Below, one piece after another: positions 59,659 to 64,000 of a stretch of 64,000 nucleotides of DNA. Under the pieces are notes generated by a model. The model was given only the letters and a program-made list of their open reading frames with translations. It ran no database searches and was not told the DNA's origin. The stretch covers positions 4,893-68,892 of the forward strand of contig DATDLJ010000072.1 of NCBI GenBank assembly GCA_036519395.1. The letters are read 5' to 3'. Numbering within the stretch: position 1 is the first letter of the stretch; each line of letters opens with the position of its first letter. A program made the translations under genes and the position numbers. The DNA comes from Solirubrobacterales bacterium (lineage in GTDB: Bacteria; Actinomycetota; Thermoleophilia; Solirubrobacterales; 70-9).

Positions 59659-59882
59659 CCACCGGTGTTCCAGGTCGCTCCCCGGCTGAGATCCGCCGCG
59701 ACATCGAGCTCAAACGCGGTCAGCTCGGCAGCTCGGTCGAAGCGCTGCGAGTCCGCGTTAATGAGCTCACCGACTGGCGTCGCCAGGCGGAGGAGCACAA
59801 ACAGCAGTTGATTCTCGGCGCCGCCGCGGTCGGGTTCGCGATTGGCGTCCGCGCAATGATGCGCCGTCGTCGTCGCGACTAA
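59655..59882 (+). CDS. DUF3618-like protein
   Basis: RSPAEIRRDIELKRGQLGSSVEALRVRVNELTDWRRQ..., with a C-terminal TM and basic tail. ATGA overlap with the previous gene. Confidence 0.75.
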   Translation: MTTGVPGRSPAEIRRDIELKRGQLGSSVEALRVRVNELTDWRRQAEEHKQQLILGAAAVGFAIGVRAMMRRRRRD

Positions 59883-60794
59883 CTAAGCGATCAACTCGGT
59901 GCGCACGCTGCCAACGCCGAGCAGACCGGGACCGACGTGGGCGCCGAGGACGGGACCGACCTCGGAGATGAAAGCCGGATCGCCGCCGAAGATCTCGTAG
60001 CAGTCTTCGATCAGGGCGTCGGCGGTCTCTTTGTCCTGGATGTATTGGACGACCCAGCCGTAAGCGCCGTCCTCCTTGCGCTGGCGTGCGTAGCCGCGCA
60101 GGCGCTCGAGCGAGCGGGCGCGGGTGCGGACGCGCTCGACCGGAGTGATCTCCTCTTCCAGGGTGAGGATCGGCTTGATCTTCAGCGCGCCGCCAATCCA
60201 GGCGCGGGCGCCGCCGATCCGACCACCGCGCCGCAGGTACTCGAGGGTGTCGATCGCGAACCACATTTTCAGGTTTTTGCGGGTCTCTTCCGCCTGGGCG
60301 ATCACCGCGGCGGCGTCCGCTCCGGCCGAGGCGGCCGAGGCGGCACCAAGGGCGCAGAGGCCCATCCCCCCGGCGGCAGTGCGGGAATCCATCAGGTGGA
60401 GCCGCTCGCCGCCCTTGCCCTCCTCGATCAACCGCTCGCGGGCTTGGCCGGCGGCCTCGAAGGTCCCCGAAATGCCGGCGGAGATATGGATTGAGACGAC
60501 TTCCCTGCCTTCGGCCAGGAGCGGTTCATAGACCGCGAGGAAGTCGCCGATCGAAGGCTGCGAAGTCGTCGCGCCGCTTTCTGAAGCCCGCAGGCGCTCG
60601 TAAAACTCGTCGTAGTCGGTGATCTCCGACTCCTTCTGCTGATCGCCGTCAACCGCTACGTAGAGGCTTATCGTCTCGATCCCCCGCTTCGCCAAAAGGT
60701 CGGTGGGGAGGTAGCAAGTCGTATCGCAGACAACCGCGGTCTCGGCGGGCGAGCTCACATTGGCGATTCTAGACGCGGAGACCAACCGGGACAC
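59883..60794 (-). CDS. DegV family fatty-acid-binding protein
   Basis: AVVCDTTCYLPTDLLAKRGIETISLYV...SQPSIGDF...IHISAGISGT... Confidence 0.88.
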   Translation of the reverse strand: MSRLVSASRIANVSSPAETAVVCDTTCYLPTDLLAKRGIETISLYVAVDGDQQKESEITDYDEFYERLRASESGATTSQPSIGDFLAVYEPLLAEGREVVSIHISAGISGTFEAAGQARERLIEEGKGGERLHLMDSRTAAGGMGLCALGAASAASAGADAAAVIAQAEETRKNLKMWFAIDTLEYLRRGGRIGGARAWIGGALKIKPILTLEEEITPVERVRTRARSLERLRGYARQRKEDGAYGWVVQYIQDKETADALIEDCYEIFGGDPAFISEVGPVLGAHVGPGLLGVGSVRTELIA

Positions 60795-60820
60795 CGAACC
60801 ATCCCGCTACACTTTGTGAA

Positions 60821-61195
60821 GTGACGGATTCTCCGCAAGCAGCAATCACTCTCAGTGACAAAGCCGTCGAGAAGATCGGCGAGCTGCTCGGTTCGCAGCC
60901 GGATGGCGCCGAACAGGCGCTTCGGGTCGCGGTCCGCGGTGGCGGTTGCTCGGGCTTCCAGTACGCGCTGGCCTTCGACAAGGCCAAGGATGACGATCAC
61001 GTCTTCGAGGTCGACGGCGTCGCCGTCATCGTCGACAAGGTCAGCATGCAGTTCGTCTTCGGCTCAGAGGTCGACTACGTCGAAGGCCTCCAGGGCGCCG
61101 GCTTCCAGGTCAACAACCCGAACGTGGTTGCGGCCTGTGGTTGCGGCTCCTCTTTCCAGGTGAAAGAGGACGCGGCCGAGCAAGCGGCCGTCTAG
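60821..61195 (+). CDS. Iron-sulfur cluster insertion/assembly protein (HesB/IscA/ErpA family)
   Basis: ITLSDKAVEKIGELL...GGGCSGFQYALAFD...NPNVVAACGCGSSF. Confidence 0.9.
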   Translation: MTDSPQAAITLSDKAVEKIGELLGSQPDGAEQALRVAVRGGGCSGFQYALAFDKAKDDDHVFEVDGVAVIVDKVSMQFVFGSEVDYVEGLQGAGFQVNNPNVVAACGCGSSFQVKEDAAEQAAV

Positions 61196-61582
61196 CTATT
61201 CAATCTGCAGCGGCGGCGACTGCGCCGGGGGTGCAGCCTGCGGCACCTGAGCGTCTGCCGGCTGCTCGACGCCGAGCGCCTCGCCCAGTTCGCCGGACTC
61301 GAACATCTCCTCGATGATGTCGCAGCCGCCGAGCAGCTCGCCGTTGACGTAGAGCTGCGGGAAGGTCTGCCAGTCGGCGATCTCCGCCGTAACTTCGCGC
61401 AGTGGTTGCAGCGCGGGGAGAACGTCGATCGCGCCGTAGTCGACGTCGATCTGGTCAAGCACCTGCACGACCCGCATCGAAAAACCGCAGCGCGGCATGT
61501 CAGGGGTCCCTTTCATGAACAGCAGGACCGGGTTGGCGGCGATCAACTCTTCGATTTTGGACTTCAGCTCTGGGTCGGCCAT
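61196..61582 (-). CDS. Monothiol glutaredoxin (Grx4 family, CGFS) with a C-terminal Pro/Ala/Gln-rich tail
   Basis: VLLFMKGTPDMPRCGFSMRVVQVLD...WQTFPQLYVNGELLGGCDI... Confidence 0.88.
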   Translation of the reverse strand: MADPELKSKIEELIAANPVLLFMKGTPDMPRCGFSMRVVQVLDQIDVDYGAIDVLPALQPLREVTAEIADWQTFPQLYVNGELLGGCDIIEEMFESGELGEALGVEQPADAQVPQAAPPAQSPPLQIE

Positions 61583-61613
61583 GAGATCATTGTATGGAAG
61601 CTGGCCCGCCGCC

Positions 61614-61817
61614 CTAGAGCTGCGTTGCGATCAAGCCGATGATGGCGGCCAGCATCGCAACGAAGGCGGCGAACAAACCACCGCCAACGAGCAGGATCGT
61701 GTGTTGGAGGCTGTCGATCCTGCTGCTGAGCACGTCAAGTTGACCCGCAATCTCGCCGACGCGGATGTTCAGGTCGTCAAGCCGGGAATCGGTCCAGGTG
61801 GATCTCATCGCCTCCAT
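61614..61817 (-). CDS. Small coiled-coil protein with C-terminal TM (hypothetical, 67 aa)
   Basis: MEAMRSTWTDSRLDDLNIRVGEIAGQLDVLSSRIDSLQHTILLVGGGLFAAFVAMLAAIIGLIATQL. ATG at 61817 preceded by GGAAG. Confidence 0.45.
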   Translation of the reverse strand: MEAMRSTWTDSRLDDLNIRVGEIAGQLDVLSSRIDSLQHTILLVGGGLFAAFVAMLAAIIGLIATQL

Positions 61818-61888
61818 GCTTCCGGCGTAGAAGGAAAAAGCGCACACGTGGCTCACGAAAGTGTAACTTTTTGTCGCCAACAATGCGG

Positions 61889-62125
61889 CTAGCGCGGCAG
61901 GCTGGTCTTGACCGACAGCGCGTGGATCGTGCCGTCGTCGAAGCGCTCCTTGACCGCAGCCTTGACCAGGCGGTGCTGATCAATCCGGGAGATGCCCTCA
62001 AACTGCGGCGCGCTCACGGTCGCTCGCAGGTGATCGCCAGTTCCGGTTTCGTCGATCACCTCGACCGTGGCGCCCGGCAGGGCGGCCTCGATCATTCCCC
62101 TCAGCTCGACCAGGTCAGCGGCCAC
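61889..62125 (-). CDS. BolA family protein
   Basis: ...ALPGATVEVIDETGTGDHLRATVSAPQFEGISRIDQHRLVKAAV...IHALSVKT. Confidence 0.85.
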   Translation of the reverse strand: MAADLVELRGMIEAALPGATVEVIDETGTGDHLRATVSAPQFEGISRIDQHRLVKAAVKERFDDGTIHALSVKTSLPR

Positions 62126-62128
62126 TGC

Positions 62129-63535
62129 TCAGCCGGGGAGGCGCTCGCCGATGGTCTCGAGCATCTCCTCGACCCGGACGAACTTGACCCGCGGGCGGCC
62201 GTGGGGCTCGCCGCGGCCGACCTCGGCCTGGTCGATCGCCTGCCAGTCCTCGAAGCTGACGTAGCGGGTGCCCTTCTCGCGCAGCAGGTCCTCGACGGCG
62301 ACCGGGTCAGGGTTCTCCGGGCTCAGCAGCGTCTCGGACTCGACGTCGGCGAAGAGGTGCTGGACCGTCTCCAGGGCATCTTTCTTGTTGGTCCCAATTA
62401 CACCGGAGGGGCCGCGCTTGATCCAGCCCGCGGTGTAATGGCCGACCTTGTGGCCGGAGTCGTGGGAGTCGAGGATGCGGCCGCCCTCGTTGAGGATCAG
62501 GCCGCGCTTGTCGTCGAAGGGGACACCCTCGATCGGGATGCCGGTGTAGCCGACCGAGCGCAGGATCAGGCCGCACTCGAGCTCTTCGCGCTCGCCGGTG
62601 TCCTTGGCGCGCAGGGATCCACCTTCCTCGACCAGCTCATTGCGGCCGATGACGATCGACTCGACCTTGCCGTCACCCTTGATCTCGACCGGCGAGGCGA
62701 GGAAGCGGAGGATGATGCGCTGCTTCTTGTCCTCGGGCTGGCGCTGCGAGAACTCCTTCAGCGTCTCGACGTTGACTTTGGTCGTCTTGTCGGCTTCGTC
62801 GGACTCAAGGAAAGCTTGGCTGGCCGGGTCGAGCTCGACCTCCTGCGGATCGACGATGACATCGGCGTCCTCCAGCTCCCCGAGCTCCTTGATCTCGGGG
62901 TTGGTGAAGGCTGCCTGGGCCGGGCCGCGGCGGCCGAGGACGACAATCTCGCGGATCTGCTTGCGGTCGAGAGCCTCGATCGCGTGGTCGGCGGTATCGG
63001 TCTGGCGCAGCTCGTGGTCGGTCAGGGCCAGCATCCGGGCGACGTCCATCGCTACGTTGCCGTTGCCGATCACCACCGCTCGCTCGCTGGAGAGGTCGAA
63101 GTCGTGGTTGGCGTAGTCGGGGTGCGCGTTGTACCAGCCGACGAAGGAGGTGGCCGCATGGCTGCCGGGTAGATCCTCGCCGGGGATGCCGAGCTGACGG
63201 TCGGTCTCGCAGCCAACCGTGAAGACGATCGCGTGGTATAGCCGCTCCAGCTCTTCGACCTCGATGTCTTGGCCGATCTTGACGTTGCCGAAGAAGCGGA
63301 AACCGTCGCGAGCCGCGGTTTTTTCGTAGACGCGAATTACCGACTTGATCTTCGGATGGTCGGGGGCGACGCCGCCGCGGACCAGCCCGAACGGGGTGGG
63401 GAGGCGGTCGAAAAGGTCGACCTGGGCGTGCAAGTCTCCGTCTTTGAGGATGTGCTCTGCGGCGTAGAAGCCGGAGGGGCCAGCGCCGACGATGGCGACG
63501 CGAAGGGGGGTCTCTTCAGTTCCGATCTTGCTCAT
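62129..63535 (-). CDS. Ferredoxin--NADP(+) reductase, FprA/adrenodoxin-reductase type
   Basis: LRVAIVGAGPSGFYAAEHIL...TPFGLVRGGVAPDHPKIKSV...FVGWYNAHPDY...VIGNGNVAMDVARML. ATG at 63535. The ORF-track extension to 63637 was trimmed. Confidence 0.88.
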   Translation of the reverse strand: MSKIGTEETPLRVAIVGAGPSGFYAAEHILKDGDLHAQVDLFDRLPTPFGLVRGGVAPDHPKIKSVIRVYEKTAARDGFRFFGNVKIGQDIEVEELERLYHAIVFTVGCETDRQLGIPGEDLPGSHAATSFVGWYNAHPDYANHDFDLSSERAVVIGNGNVAMDVARMLALTDHELRQTDTADHAIEALDRKQIREIVVLGRRGPAQAAFTNPEIKELGELEDADVIVDPQEVELDPASQAFLESDEADKTTKVNVETLKEFSQRQPEDKKQRIILRFLASPVEIKGDGKVESIVIGRNELVEEGGSLRAKDTGEREELECGLILRSVGYTGIPIEGVPFDDKRGLILNEGGRILDSHDSGHKVGHYTAGWIKRGPSGVIGTNKKDALETVQHLFADVESETLLSPENPDPVAVEDLLREKGTRYVSFEDWQAIDQAEVGRGEPHGRPRVKFVRVEEMLETIGERLPG

Positions 63536-63566
63536 GGGAGCGCGAAAGAATAGGGAAGTCGGCGCG

Positions 63567-64000
63567 TCAGCCGAGCGCCGGGGCGCTGGTGCCGACGGCG
63601 CTGGGGGTGCCGTCGAGGGCGTCGAGCGCCTTGCCAACGGACATTGCGACGCAGGTAAAGATCGGCGTCTCGCGCTCGGTGTACTCGCTCGACTCGGTCG
63701 GCCGCAGCTCGTTGACGAGGTCGAGGAATTCGCCCGGGTCGTCGCCCTCGAAGCAGACCACGAACTCCTGGTCGTCGATCCCGTAGGAGTAGGTCGTGTT
63801 GATCGTGATCTCGGGATAGCGGCGGCCGACTTCGATGTGGCTTTTCATGATTCGGCCCCGCTCCTCGGGTGCCAGCCCGTACCAGCGGCGCTGCTTGACC
63901 ATCGGATAGAGGAAGAGGTACTTGCGCTCCGAGGTGCAGATCTCCGGTCGCGCGTCCTCGGCGGAGTAGGGCGAGCGTTTGGTCATCGAGAGGAAGGAGT
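63567..64000 (-). CDS. Chlorite-dismutase-family coproheme decarboxylase (ChdC/HemQ); N-terminus beyond window end
   Basis: ...YLFLYPMVKQRRWYGLAPEERGRIMKSHIEVGRRYPEITINTTYSYGIDDQEFVVCFEGDDPGEFLDLV... The frame stays open to base 64000. Confidence 0.85.
   Translation of the reverse strand, partial: SFLSMTKRSPYSAEDARPEICTSERKYLFLYPMVKQRRWYGLAPEERGRIMKSHIEVGRRYPEITINTTYSYGIDDQEFVVCFEGDDPGEFLDLVNELRPTESSEYTERETPIFTCVAMSVGKALDALDGTPSAVGTSAPALG

Overview
The window is high-GC by eye and very gene-dense. It looks like chromosomal DNA from an Actinobacteria-like organism. The lineage call is inference from F420-type DDN-family oxidoreductases, a DUF4235/Holin-X/DUF3618 trio, FprA-type ferredoxin reductase and ChdC/HemQ. 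I support about 75 CDS and one tRNA-Pro(CGG). I found no rRNA, CRISPR array, transposase or integrase.

Content from left to right:
- A ThyX-like gene cut by the window edge.
- The ribosomal alpha-operon block rpmJ-rpsM-rpsK-rpsD-rpoA-rplQ, then an inverted truA, surE and ligA.
- Envelope and lipid genes: PBP4, patatin, acyl-CoA synthetase, a DsbA-like protein.
- sodA, then a LemA-rubredoxin-GMC oxidoreductase string.
- An ECF sigma / DUF4349 anti-sigma pair.
- A split biotin locus: bioA, then MarR-MFS-YaaA, then bioD-bioF-bioB.
- GH3, CHASE-GGDEF, AlkA, and a crotonase plus a stand-alone 70-aa biotinyl carrier.
- GT2-glpK-plsC, followed by assorted redox enzymes.
- A compositionally atypical orphan gene.
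- A tight divergent acyl-CoA cluster (2 ACAD, NTF2-like, crotonase, carboxyltransferase, BKACE, family III CoA-transferase, MerR).
- A cyclase-STAND-TPR protein and a nitrilase-TetR operon.
- An Fe-S/heme redox group: IscA, Grx4, BolA, FprA, ChdC.

The most interesting unexplained signal is a 50-bp hairpin-forming element present twice, at 21019-21068 and 48299-48348. Its flanks and spacing are identical, and its inner stems differ in sequence but both still pair. Each copy lies just upstream of a minus-strand start codon. One copy sits in the control region of the unusual acyl-CoA cluster.

I found no recognisable defence or other named novel system. All coordinates and translations were done by eye without tools, and start codons are often uncertain by tens of nucleotides.
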